Assembly: GCA_003971905.1 (NCBI GenBank)
Contig: RSEE01000105.1
Location: 186,001 to 214,497 of the forward strand
DNA: 28,497 bases
Reading direction: 5' to 3'
From: Moniliella sp. 'wahieum'
Taxonomy: Eukaryota
Shown here: in pieces, positions 1-10,600 of the stretch
Numbering within the stretch: position 1 is the stretch's first letter
Layout of the letters: each line of letters begins with the position of its first letter
Notes under the pieces: generated by a model
Told to the model about the DNA's origin: nothing
The model's database searches: none
Seen by the model: the letters and a program-made list of their open reading frames with translations, nothing else
Translations under genes and position numbers: made by a program

Positions 1-1568
1 GAAGCGCTGGATCGAGACCGAGGGAAAAGAGTACGTCCATCATCTCTTGGTGGTGCAGTGGGGGGGGGGTAGCTAACGTACTGCAATCGTACTTACTTTA
101 TTGTCCCTTTGCCTGTGTAGCGCATCGGTGGGTGGAAGAACGGGCGTGCTGTTCCGCAAACTGCGCGTGGCCTACTTTGAGATGGAACCGTACGTCCGTG
201 GTGGCAACCCCTACACTCGCACTGGCGTTAAGGACTCGTATGGCCGAGTGTGCTGGACGTACGTGATTGATGGGGTGGTGCGCAACACTTGGTAGGGCGC
301 GGCCAATGCGCCCCGGCGTTGCGCCGCGAAATTTACGAGATGCAAGTCTTGCACCACCCTGTGGACCAGGTGGTTGCGAAGAGCAAAGCGGCAGAGAATG
401 CGCGGGATTGGGTGGGCCTCTATGGTGACCCAGCAATTGCTGCCGAGGTGGAGGGCGAAGAGGAAGTGCCTGAATGGAGACCCCGGCGTGTTGATGGCGT
501 CGAGATGGACTTCACAGCTGTCCCAGGCACTGAATCTGACGCGACAGACCCACCTTCTCGCACCGAGGTAGCCCACAAGGCACACGCACACTAAGAAGAG
601 TCATCGTCGGTCCCATAAGAAGCACCACTCTGTCTCCTCTCCTCACTCCCCCCGCTCACAAGCCCGTGTCCGACTGGACCGAGACGGACGATCGACTCAC
701 CTCGGAATCTGTTTCGTCTGAAGCGCATCATGGCTGGGAGTCTCCACCGTCCCCACTGACGGTGGCTTGACCGACCCTTCAACCAAGTCCGCTCTCCCGT
801 CCCGCCAGCGCAGTGGCAAACTCAAGCCCAAACAAAAGGAACCCAAAAAGGCGACACAGTCCTCGTTCCAAAACGGTGACAGCTCAGACGAAGATGTGTT
901 TCACGATGCGTTGGAGCCCGACGAGGCTTCGATGGCAATGGCGCGCAAGTATCAGCTGGCAACGTTGGAGGGCGCCTTGGCCGAATCCAAGTCCCGGTCG
1001 CGCTCCCATCAGCGTAGAACGTGGGCCCGTGGACCGAGCGTGTTTGATGAGCCCCAACACCCCGAATCGCACACCAAACCGCTTCCGCAACATCGTTCCT
1101 ACGTTGTGCAGCGCGCTATCACCGACCCTGTCGACTCGATTCGTGCCGTGTCCGGACGGGGGATCGGCCACCAGCTGGGATGGGTTTCCGTCAGGCGAGG
1201 CGAGTGACGCGTACTCTGGCCACCGGGGGTACTACAGTTCGGGCCGTTCCGGCCGCTCTGTCGTTGCTCTCTCTGGTCGGTCGGGCGGTCGGGCGCGGAA
1301 CGGAACGGTCGGAACCTACAGGGTATGGTATGGGGCGTACACCAACTACAACTACAACCCCGGTCCTCTTTCCTTCTGGGGACGAGCGCGTGGGCAAGGG
1401 GTCCGGTCGTCAGGCTGCTGTCGGCAAGGGGGCTACGCATGAGCAGCAGCAGCTATGCCTGGTCGACCGACGAGGATTCTAACTTTGGCCCCCACACTCC
1501 AACAAGCACGGCCGTCGCGGAGGCAGCATTCGTCGTGCTGCAGCAACCTGTTTAGCCGCAAGAAGTAA
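1..1568 (+). CDS. 3' portion of an unidentified intron-containing gene: a short globular-looking segment, then a long disordered Ser/Arg/Gly-rich tail; frameshifted
   Basis: Splicing out 31-120 joins KRWIETEGKD to ASVGGRTGVLFRKLRVAYFEMEPYVRGGNPYTRTGVKDSYGRVCWTY in phase. Protein-like ORF pieces 289-594, ~585-770, 767-1130 and 1130-1555 follow in shifting frames. Plausible C-terminus SNLFSRKK* (TAA 1566-1568) or stop at 1555. Family not recognised. Confidence 0.55.
31..120 (+). other. Spliceosomal intron (90 nt)
   Basis: GTACGT donor at 31, GCTAAC branch at 72-77, pyrimidine tract, TAG acceptor at 118-120; splicing preserves the frame. Confidence 0.85.
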
Positions 1569-2243
1569 GTGGGAGGGGCAGGTTTGGACCATCATCTCAT
1601 CCCAACCGACTTGGGTCGAGAATGCTTCTCGACAACCCACACCCTTCTGCCTCCTCTTCTCTTATCCGCGATCTCCGTGTCGTGCTTCTACGATCTTCTC
1701 ATTTTCCTTGACGAACCCAATTGCTCGTACGAACTCACAGCAGCTTTTTTGCATGCTACGACGATACACCTTCTGATATCCTACCTGTGATGCTGATGCC
1801 CTTTTCAAACTGTGTTCCCTGTGGCCCTTGACGCTCCATTTTCCTTTCCATTTTCCATTTCCTCTGGCCTGCTGCGTGGTTGTCCCGTTCTCTACTGCCG
1901 TCAGGTTTCTTTCTAGTTACCAGTTGTCCCCCCGCGAACACTCTCTCGTTTGGTTGGACCGAGCCCCCCATTGGGCTTTGAGCGCGCGTTGCAGCTTCCA
2001 TCGTAGTTTGGTACACAATCGATCGGCTTCCCACCCACAGCAGATGGATATCACGGAGATACATGCAGGATTGGAGAGCAGACGGCATATGCGGACCTGT
2101 GCGTGCTTGGACAATCAGAACGCAATCATCGATCGGTTCGACGACCGAGAGGACATGTTACCAACGCTGAACGTTCCAGTTGAACTGCATGCGGATGGCA
2201 CGCACTGGGACTAGGCGGCCCGAGCTGCAATGCAATGAATGTT

Positions 2244-2270
2244 GAAGCTTGAGCTCGAAGCTCGAAGCTT
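2244..2270. repeat. Heptamer tandem repeat (GAAGCTY)x~4
   Basis: GAAGCTT GAGCTC GAAGCTC GAAGCTT, read directly. Confidence 0.8.
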
Positions 2271-2403
2271 GCTGTCCAACCGACCCAGACCAGCGGGGGG
2301 AGGGCGGCTGGGGCGCCCACGGCGCTCCCACCACCCTCTGTCTTCTCGTCCCTGTCTGGTGGTGTGGTGTTGTGTGGTCTCTGGCCTGGTCTGGTCTGGG
2401 TCG

Positions 2404-4816
2404 ATGGCCATGCCCCGTCCCGTGCCGCCCAGCGACGGACCTCCAGCGTCTCCCTCGCGCTGCCCACAAGCGCAAAGCTCGCGCCGCGCCTCCTCACCGT
2501 GCTCTCGGGCCTGTGGCGCCGCCCTGCGTCGCCACCAGCCCGCAGTGCCCAACCCGCCGACGTCGATGCTCGTACGCAGCCCCACCCATTATGCCCTCCC
2601 CCACGTCGGCGCCGCAAGCTCGGCCGCGCCTGCCCCTCTTCTCCGCCCCTGCGTCCTGGCCCGCTCTGCCCGCCCGCTGCCCACGCTGCCCACACCGTCC
2701 CGCCGGCATCCCTCTGGCCCTCGCCCACCACGCCTCGCCGGCCACCTTCTCTCTCCAGCGCACGCGCCACATGCATGCCGCTCCGGCAGACCAGCGCGCC
2801 TGCTCTCCCTCCGCCCACGGCGCAGCTCCCTCTGCCCCCCCCGGCCCCGCACCCAGTGCTCCCTTGCCCATCCCGCCCTCTGCCGCGCCCACACGCCGTG
2901 CCCCTGCCCAGCCGACCAAGGCGTATCCGCCTTGCTCCCGCCGTCCGCGTGCCACCGGACTTGGACCAACAACTGGAGGAACGGCCCATGTCCAGAGAGT
3001 CCTCTGTCATTCCCTCGTCGCCCAAGCGGAGGGCCACGCTGTGTTCCTGTGCTGCGCATTCCCACGAATCGGGGCTTTCTGTTGCTCGGCAATCCTTCGT
3101 TTCCGTTGCGCACGAAGGACTGGGGCTAGGCATCCGACTGGGACGAGAACGGGGCGCGGCGGTGTTGGATGGGGCATCTGTACGGACGACGATGACATTT
3201 CTCTCCACTCGGCTCGATCGAACCCCAACCAATCCTCCTCATCGTCCCCTTCCCATTCGCCTTTGTCGTCATTGTCTCCCTCGCTCCCTCGCTCTGTCCC
3301 GCCTCTACCTCGTCATCACACAGTCCCTCTACCCCTCGTTCGATACCGCACACCTACTTCACCCTCATTCCCCCCGCTCTGACTACTTCTCTGTTTTCTC
3401 CTCAGATCACGCCTCCTCCTGTTGCCCCCTTCCTCTTGCCCACACAGACACTTGTCACTCCCGCCCAGGGCACCGACCACAGCCCCACTCTCCGCAAGGA
3501 CCGGCCTTCCCCCGCCCACCACGCCCGTGCCACAGAAGAGTGATGGTTCCTTCCCCTCCCCCCCTCCGGTTGTGCTCGGCGACGGGGACCGGGCTCCATC
3601 CCATTCCAGCGTGGGGGAGGCGGTCCCGGTTCCCACTCTAGCCAAGGAAGAAGAGGCACTCCCTGGCCCCTTCTCCACCTTCGCCGCACCGATGGAGACA
3701 GCCATCCCCCACGTCATTCCGAAAGGAACCCAAGCGAATGCAGACTACCCCCCAGTCTTCCCGGGGAGGAGGGACCGGGCTGCTGCGACCGCCATCACCC
3801 GAATGGGGCGGTCCCTTGTCCTCCCCAGCCCCTCGTGGTAGAGATGGAAACGGCACCCGCTCTGCCGCCTACCACACTCTTACTTGGACGACGAGACGAT
3901 TGGCACACCCCGACAACGAGTACACAGTGCATCACTTCTTGCTTCTCGGCCGAGCCGGAGCCCGTCGGTACGAACGTCTACCAAGCGCACATTGCGTACC
4001 AATTCGCTCCCACTCGCAGCGGTCGCCCGCCAGTCCACCTGGTCCTCTTCAACGGAGGAAGTGCTGCCCCCGCGCGACCCTTCCATCACGTTTTCCCCGC
4101 TTGAAGCGGGCGGGAACCTCCCCCGCTCCCTTCCGCGCTGGGGTAAGTTTTGGCGTCGGCCTTCTCCTCCAGAAGGACGGCGACCTCGACGGTCCCTCGA
4201 TACGTTCCTTGCTTCCTCAACGTTTTTGCGCGGCAAGTTTGCCCCTGCCAGTCCTTCTCCTTCCACCTCTGCGTCCCCCTCTCCTTCCCCGTCTCCCCGC
4301 CCGTCCAAGGGAAAAGGACAGGGAAAGGGAATGGGAAAGCAAAAGGAAAAGGGAAGGGAGGACCGTGCCACCACTAAGCGCCCACTTCGTCGCACCCCCA
4401 AACCACCCACCATCCCGCTCATGCCCCCGGATCCGTTCGCTCCACCTCCCGAAGGAGCTCGGATTCTTCCCTCGCCTGTGCGATCAATGGCTGCAAATCC
4501 CTACCGTATCTTCCCCTCCTTCCCTCGCCCGACCCACCACTCCCACCCCATCTCCGTCTTCCATCGTACCCCGCCACAACAGCCCAGACGATACAGAGAA
4601 GAACGACAAGGGGACGGAGGGGAAGGGGAAAAGATCGGTTTCCCTTCCCCTGGGGAACGATGTACGGCGGTGCAAGAAGAAGGCGTTACCTCCCCCACGC
4701 GACTTGACCATGTTTTTCCCGCTGCTAACCGCGAGGGGAAGGATGGTATCCCTTTCCCGCGCCGTGCGCCTGTGCTTACCCTTCCTCCTACGCCCTTCGT
4801 GCCGCCGCGATCCTAA
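2404..4816 (+). CDS. Hypothetical Pro/Ser-rich, probably disordered protein; frameshifted; start uncertain (ATG 2404, 2410, ~2566 or 2988)
   Basis: Chain of overlapping + strand ORFs with similar composition (DDDDISLHSARSNPNQSSSS, PVPTLAKEEEALPGPF, and the 310-aa ORF 3884-4816). A T-rich 3'UTR-like tract follows 4816. No recognisable domain. Confidence 0.45.
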
Positions 4817-5002
4817 CCGTATCCTTTTGTCATGGGTTTCCTGAGTCTCTCTGCTGGCTTTGCGGTCGCTCGTCTTTTTGACTAGACTATTTTTTTCTGC
4901 CCGTTCGTTCCACGGCATCTGATCGATCCCCTCTCTCTTTGAGATTCTACTTACTTTTACTTTCTCCTATGATCCGGTCGTTCACTTAAGCGCTAAGCCC
5001 CC

Positions 5003-5036
5003 ATTCACTATTCACTATTCACCATTCACTATTCAT
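5003..5036. repeat. Heptamer tandem repeat (ATTCACY)x5
   Basis: ATTCACT ATTCACT ATTCACC ATTCACT ATTCAT. Confidence 0.9.
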
Positions 5037-5254
5037 ACCTCATGCGGTTCTGTACTTACCTCTGACTTGCGCTTCATTTCTTTTTCTTGCGCTACCCTTC
5101 CTTCTCCATCCTATCTCCCAGGCTCGGTTTAATCTCACCTTCGTTCTTCATTCTGCTCCAAGCGCAGTTGCTGGCGTCTGTGCTTCGCATCGTATGTATC
5201 CTCGTTGAGTTGGTCCCTGCTAGCTGTCGTGCCGCGTCGTGGCGAAATCGAATG

Positions 5255-5302
5255 TGTCCAAAGTCCAAAGTCCCTGTCCAATGTCCTATGTCCAATATTC
5301 AA
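5255..5302. repeat. Degenerate heptamer tandem repeat (WGTCCAA)x~7
   Basis: TGTCCAA AGTCCAA AGTCCC TGTCCAA TGTCCTA TGTCCAA TATTCAA. Confidence 0.8.
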
Positions 5303-5756
5303 TCCTCTCTCGTTTGTGCTTTTCCTTGATCCATAATGGCTGCCTTCGCTGCATCCACAATGATGTCCTGTACCTGCTTTACTTTGCCTGTGCTGTGGAG
5401 AGAGAGATAGGCCGGCGGTGGTGCGCTGTGGGTCCCAAGTAGATGCAAGGTGCAACGGCGGGGAGACAGGTGGATCAGCGCGCTGAACACCATCACCTCC
5501 GTGGTGCAGTCGAGTGCGTTTTCGTTGCTCGAAAGAATGTCCTGTTGCGAAAAAGAGAGCAATCCCCAATCCAGTCTCCATGAGTACTGAGTAGCTTGAA
5601 GCTTTCAACATGGTAGGCTTGGTATTTTTTTTTGGTGGCCGTCGACGCCGTCAGTTTCGAGTTTCTCGTGTTGACCGTCTGTTTCTTCCGAGTCGACTCG
5701 GCCTTGTGGGAGCTTGACGCCGCCCGGCCATCCCAAGCCCATCCGCAACGCCCTCC

Positions 5757-7502
5757 ATGCCGCCGCCGCTGCGTCCGCCACTCGAAGGTGAGTCTGACAC
5801 ATCGCCTTTCGTCGCTGTCGGGCGTAGACACTGACGCCGCCGCCGCCGCCCTCTTGCCAGCGCCCTCGCTCTACACGCGCTCCACCGTCCTGTCGGCCGA
5901 CTCGGCCGAGGGCCATCCCTCAGCCCCACGTGTCTTTGCCGTCGGCACGTACCATCTGGACCAACAGCCCCCCCCCCCCCTCCTTCCACTTCTGCTCCTG
6001 CTCCTGCTCCTGCTCCTGCTTCGGCCGAGCTTGGCCAGGCGCCCGACGCTCCTCGCCCTCGTACTCCCGACCCCACCGCCGACGCCCATGACAAGGACGA
6101 CGACGACGATTTGGATCCTGCATCCTCCTCCTCCCCCGACTACACGCGTCGCGGCACCCTCACCCTCCTCCGCGCTGGCACGGGTTCCCCTCTGGACTGG
6201 TACGCCTCCGTCGGCTTGCGCTGCTCTTGTTGTGCACGATCCAACTACTGACTTGACTTGATCTCAGCGAGATACTTCATGTCCTCTCCACCCCCGCCAT
6301 CCTGGACATGAAGTGGACCAGGCTGCGCGACTCGGCCGCCTGCACGCCTACTATTTCCTTGGCTGATGCAACGGGCTACGTACGTCTGTTTGATGTTGAC
6401 GCTTCGCTCTGCCCTAGGCCAAAGGCCGAGTGGCGGATGAATCCCCGCGGTGCGCTCTGCCTTAGCCTCGATTGGGCCGAGCAGGATCGGTTGGTGGTGA
6501 GCCAGAGCGATGGGACGTTGGCTTACCTCCCTTCGGCGCATGCTGCGCTCAACGACAACGTGCCTCTTCCTGCTGCTGTTGCATCACAGCAGACGCGAGC
6601 TGACTGCGAAGGGGAACCCCAAGACGACGATGATGATGACAATGATGATGATGATGAGGATGAGGATGATGACGCCGTCCAGGCGCACGCTCAACTAAAC
6701 GACCCAGCCACGTGGACCACTACCGAACTGGACCACGTTGTGGGTCCCAACGTGTCATCGGGCCCCCCGCCACGGGGGCTAGAGACGTGGCAGGCGCACG
6801 ACAATGAGGCCTGGATCGCAGCGTGGGACAAGTGGTCGGGCGGACGCGTGTTGTGGAGCGGTACGTACCTGTTGCGGAGGAGCGTGCTCGGTGACACTGC
6901 GCACGGAACACGGAGCACAGAGCACTGAGTACTGACCGAGCGAGGCCCATGGAACTTACATGGAGGGCAGGACCGGACGATTTGACATTCAAAGGGTGGG
7001 ATGTCCGGATGGCCAATGGTTCGGCCGGTCGCAAACCCACCTTTGTCACTCGGCGCGGGTTCGAGGGGGGCGTGACGTGTCTGGCGAGCCATCCGGCCCG
7101 CGAGCACCTCTGGGCAGTCGGCAGCTACGATGAACGGGTGCGGCTGTTTGATGCTCGGATGCCGCAGCGTCCGCTCGAGTGCAAGGTGCGCCGGCCATGC
7201 TGGATGTCGAGGGAGGCGTGTGGCGGCTCAAGTGGCACCCGCTCGATCCGAGCCGACTGCTGGTGGGGGCGATGCATGGCGGGTTCAAGGTCCTGCGCGC
7301 GGTCGACGGGGACAGCGCGCCCGACGCCAGCCAAGGGGAGCCGCTCGCGATCGTCCGCCGCTTTGATGAGCACAAGAGCATTGCCTATGGGTGTGACTGG
7401 GACCGGGGTACGGCATCCGCCGGCTTGGCGCAGGCCGAGGACGAGACGCTGGTCTGCTCCGTGTCGTTCTACGACGCGAGGATGCACCTCTGGTATGGCT
7501 AG
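5757..7502 (+). CDS. DPH7: Diphthine methyl ester esterase, WD40 protein (Dph7/Rrt2/WDR85); introns 5788-5860, 6200-6267, 6861-6970; a few frameshifts
   Basis: Family motifs SADSAE...FAVGTYHL, PAILDMKW, LCLSLDW, VVSQSDG, WQAHDNEAWIAAWD, SGPDDLTFKGWDVR, FEGGVT, VGSYDERVRLFDAR, GGVWRLKWHP, AMHGGF, HKSIAYGCDW and SVSFYD. All three introns have GT/CTGAC/CAG and join in phase. Confidence 0.92.
6901..6935 (+). repeat. Heptamer tandem repeat inside DPH7 intron 3
   Basis: GCACGGA ACACGGA GCACAGA GCACTGA GTACTGA. Confidence 0.85.
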
Positions 7503-7623
7503 GGACGACGGCGCGCACTGCATTTCATGGGTAGTGTGGGAGTGTGCATCGGAGGTACAGGGTGGATGTGGATAGGAAGGAAGGGAAGGGGACTGGCGAG
7601 GAAAACGCGAGGACCGACGAAGC

Positions 7624-10600
7624 CTAGAGCATAGACCGACACAGCGGACACGTCGAGTTGCCCGAGGTGGTGACCCACTTGTACAGGCACTGGCCGTGGA
7701 ACTTGTTCTTGCACGTCTTGCACGGCTTGGTCGGCAACGAGTGGTCCGCCGGGCTGAGGATGGAGTAGCAAATCGCACATTCTTGTCCTTCAAAGCCGGC
7801 AAAGCGCGCTTCGGCGTTCCGTCCAAACAGCGCGACCGCATCGAGCAAGGGCGCGTTCCGGTTGGCGACCAGCTGCTGCGTGGCCAACATCCAGGCGCGC
7901 CACTGCGCGACCGGCACCGCGGGCGGGTTCCGACCGCCATCGCCAATGCTGACGGGCGCGAGGGGGAAGTTCGCGGAAGACGGACACGCACCTCGAGCGT
8001 CTCTTCGTCCACCGTGTACGACGCCACGGCCTCGTGCGACCCGGCCGCACGCACGCCCAGGCCGGCAATGCCCAGTGCGCCCCCGTGGCGGGCGAGCTGG
8101 TTGCCGCCTGCACCTCGGCCATCTCCCATCCGGCCAGGAGGGGCGTGCAGAAGCGGACCGTGAAGCGCTCCACGGCACTTGTCAGTGCCGGTCCCGCAGA
8201 CTCGTCCACCACGACCGCACCAGCGCCGCACGGTGGCCAGCGCACGGAGGTACACGTGCGCGGCCAAGACCGACAGAGCGGACGGGTCGGTGACATCGAG
8301 CAGGTCCAAGTACACCTCTTCAATCGCCCACAGATCCAAGTCCAGCTCCTTGGCCTGCAGCGCAGGCAACAGCGTGTCAAACGTCACGGGCAGCAACGCC
8401 TTTTCTACCGCGCGCGCACGCCGCAACCGATCCATCACGCCGTCGCAAGCGGAAGCGACGCGCCATCAAAGTGATCCAGCAGCAACAGCCAGCCCAAAAG
8501 GGTCCCCCAGGCGTGCCGTCGATCGACTGGGCTCGCACTCGGCTCCTCGGGCTCCCCGGGCTCGCCGAGCAAGAGCGAGGTGCGCGTACTAAGCGCATCT
8601 AGAAGCCCAACAATGAAGTTGGGTGCCTTGTCCATCGACGGGGGAGACGGTACACGCTCCAACGGCGCTGCACTGCTGGCGTGCGAACCATCGCTCTCCT
8701 CGTCCTCTTCGTCCTCGTCCTCTCCCTCGTCGTGCGAACCACGGCTGTTCATACCCTCTTTCGAACGGGGGGATGGGGCGTGGCTGGGTCGGGCGTGGCA
8801 CTGGCAAAGCTCGTCTCGGAGGAAGAATCATGGTCGTCAGAAGCCAGGGATGTGGGTGGCTTGGTGTCGAGGTCTTCTTGCACCGTCTCGCGTTGAGCAC
8901 TTGCCTGGGTCGCCGCTGCCACCCTCGGCCTCCATGGCCAAGCGCACCACTTCGTCTTCGGTGCGTTTCTTGACGATCGCACTGAGGCGGCGGAACGAGA
9001 GCAGCTGGACCGACGGCGTAGGACCGGCCAAAAGGAGCGAGACCAAGGTACGATCCACCGAGGCCGTCTGACCCGCTTCTTCCACGGCCGTATCAAATGC
9101 CTTGTTGGGAATGGCAGCCATCAGAGGCAAGAGGGATCCCCACAGCGCGTCCTCACTGGTGAGGCAGCGGGCGGGGGCGTGGCCAACGCCTGCGATTCCG
9201 GCGCCAACGCAAGAACAAACCCACGACCAGTGCGTACACGCCGCCTCGGCGCTCGTTCCACGTATCGGCCAGGATCTGGTTGGAGGCGGCAAACCGGAGC
9301 AACTCGCCAAAAAAGGTGGCTGCTGCCGTAGCCGCGGGCCAGCTGGCCGGATCCTTGGGCGTCTCGGCCGCCATCTCCAACGCCATCTCGGCAGCGTCGA
9401 CGAGGAACTCCCAGTGGCTGCCGGCGACTGTTTTGATGATGGGGAGGAAGCGGTGCCCAGGTAGCGATCTGGCCCGCCAGAGCGTCCGGCAACTCTTCTT
9501 CGGAAGCGTACCACTTTTCCAGGGCCTTGAGAGCGAGCACAGCACGGTGCGCAGTGATCGGCTCGGCGTCTTCAGGGCCTGGGCTGGTGGCGAGAATGTA
9601 GGACAAGAGCCGGGCACCTTGCACGCCAGCCTCCTCCGGCCCGCACGCCAGTAAGACGAACGACGGCGTCGGTCTGCGATCGCTCAATCACCTTGTCCTC
9701 CCCATCTCCTGCACCAGCGCGCGCGCGACGGCCACACCCAGTGCCTCGCCCTGCAGGGCCAAGCCATGCGCCCACCGCACCCCTTTCTCCAACGCCGTCT
9801 GCGACGGCGCGCCAAAGCGCACCACGCCGGTGATCAGACGCTGCAGACTGCGCGTCGCGTTCGCATCCCCGGCCAAGGCGTCGCTGGCCAAGCGGCCAGC
9901 GACGCAGGTCAGGCCGTTGGCATCACTAGACTCGGCCCCCTTGGCGGCGTCTTGCACCGCGGCCAAGACAGCATCGGCAGCGCCACCGCGGGAAGCAGCA
10001 GCAACGGTGCTCGTCAAGCTGTGCACCACCTGATCAAAGACGACGTTGATCGCGTCCCAAGAGGAAGGATGGAAAACGTTGTTGGCCGTGCGAGGGGAGA
10101 CCAGCATCTTCCGCCAGCAGCGCGAGGTACAGCCAGTGAATGAGCAGGTCGGGATACGCTTGTACCACCGTCTCATGTTCCTCGCTGACCTGGAGCGAGA
10201 AGAGAGTGGCACGCGCGTACGCCGAAGACCCAATTCGTCGTACACGCCCGCTTGGCCGGCGGAGCAGCGGAGCGGGCCTCGGCCAATAGACAGGGGACCA
10301 GCGGATCGACCAAAGCAAGCTCGGGCTCGGAGGCAGGCAAGGACGAGCCAAGACGGTCAGTTCGTCCACCATCGGCGGAAGGACGCTGGCGATCGGGGCA
10401 GACACGCCGTCCGGAGCGAGGTGCGCAGCGGCTTTCTGCAGCACCTCGAGCGGCGCCGCGGTTGGGTCGGAGACCAAAAGCCAATTGCCCCGCCGCGTGC
10501 GTGATTACCTCGTCCTGCATCTCGGCCGGGAGGGCGAAGGTGAGGGCCCACAACTTGCGCGCCACGTCGGTTGCCTGTGCCGAGCTGCGCGAGGGATCGA

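Noticed and set aside
5053..5062. TACTTACCT resembling the U1 snRNA 5' end
   Set aside because: No downstream U1 stem-loops or Sm site recognisable; it is a short match equal to an antisense 5' splice-site motif.
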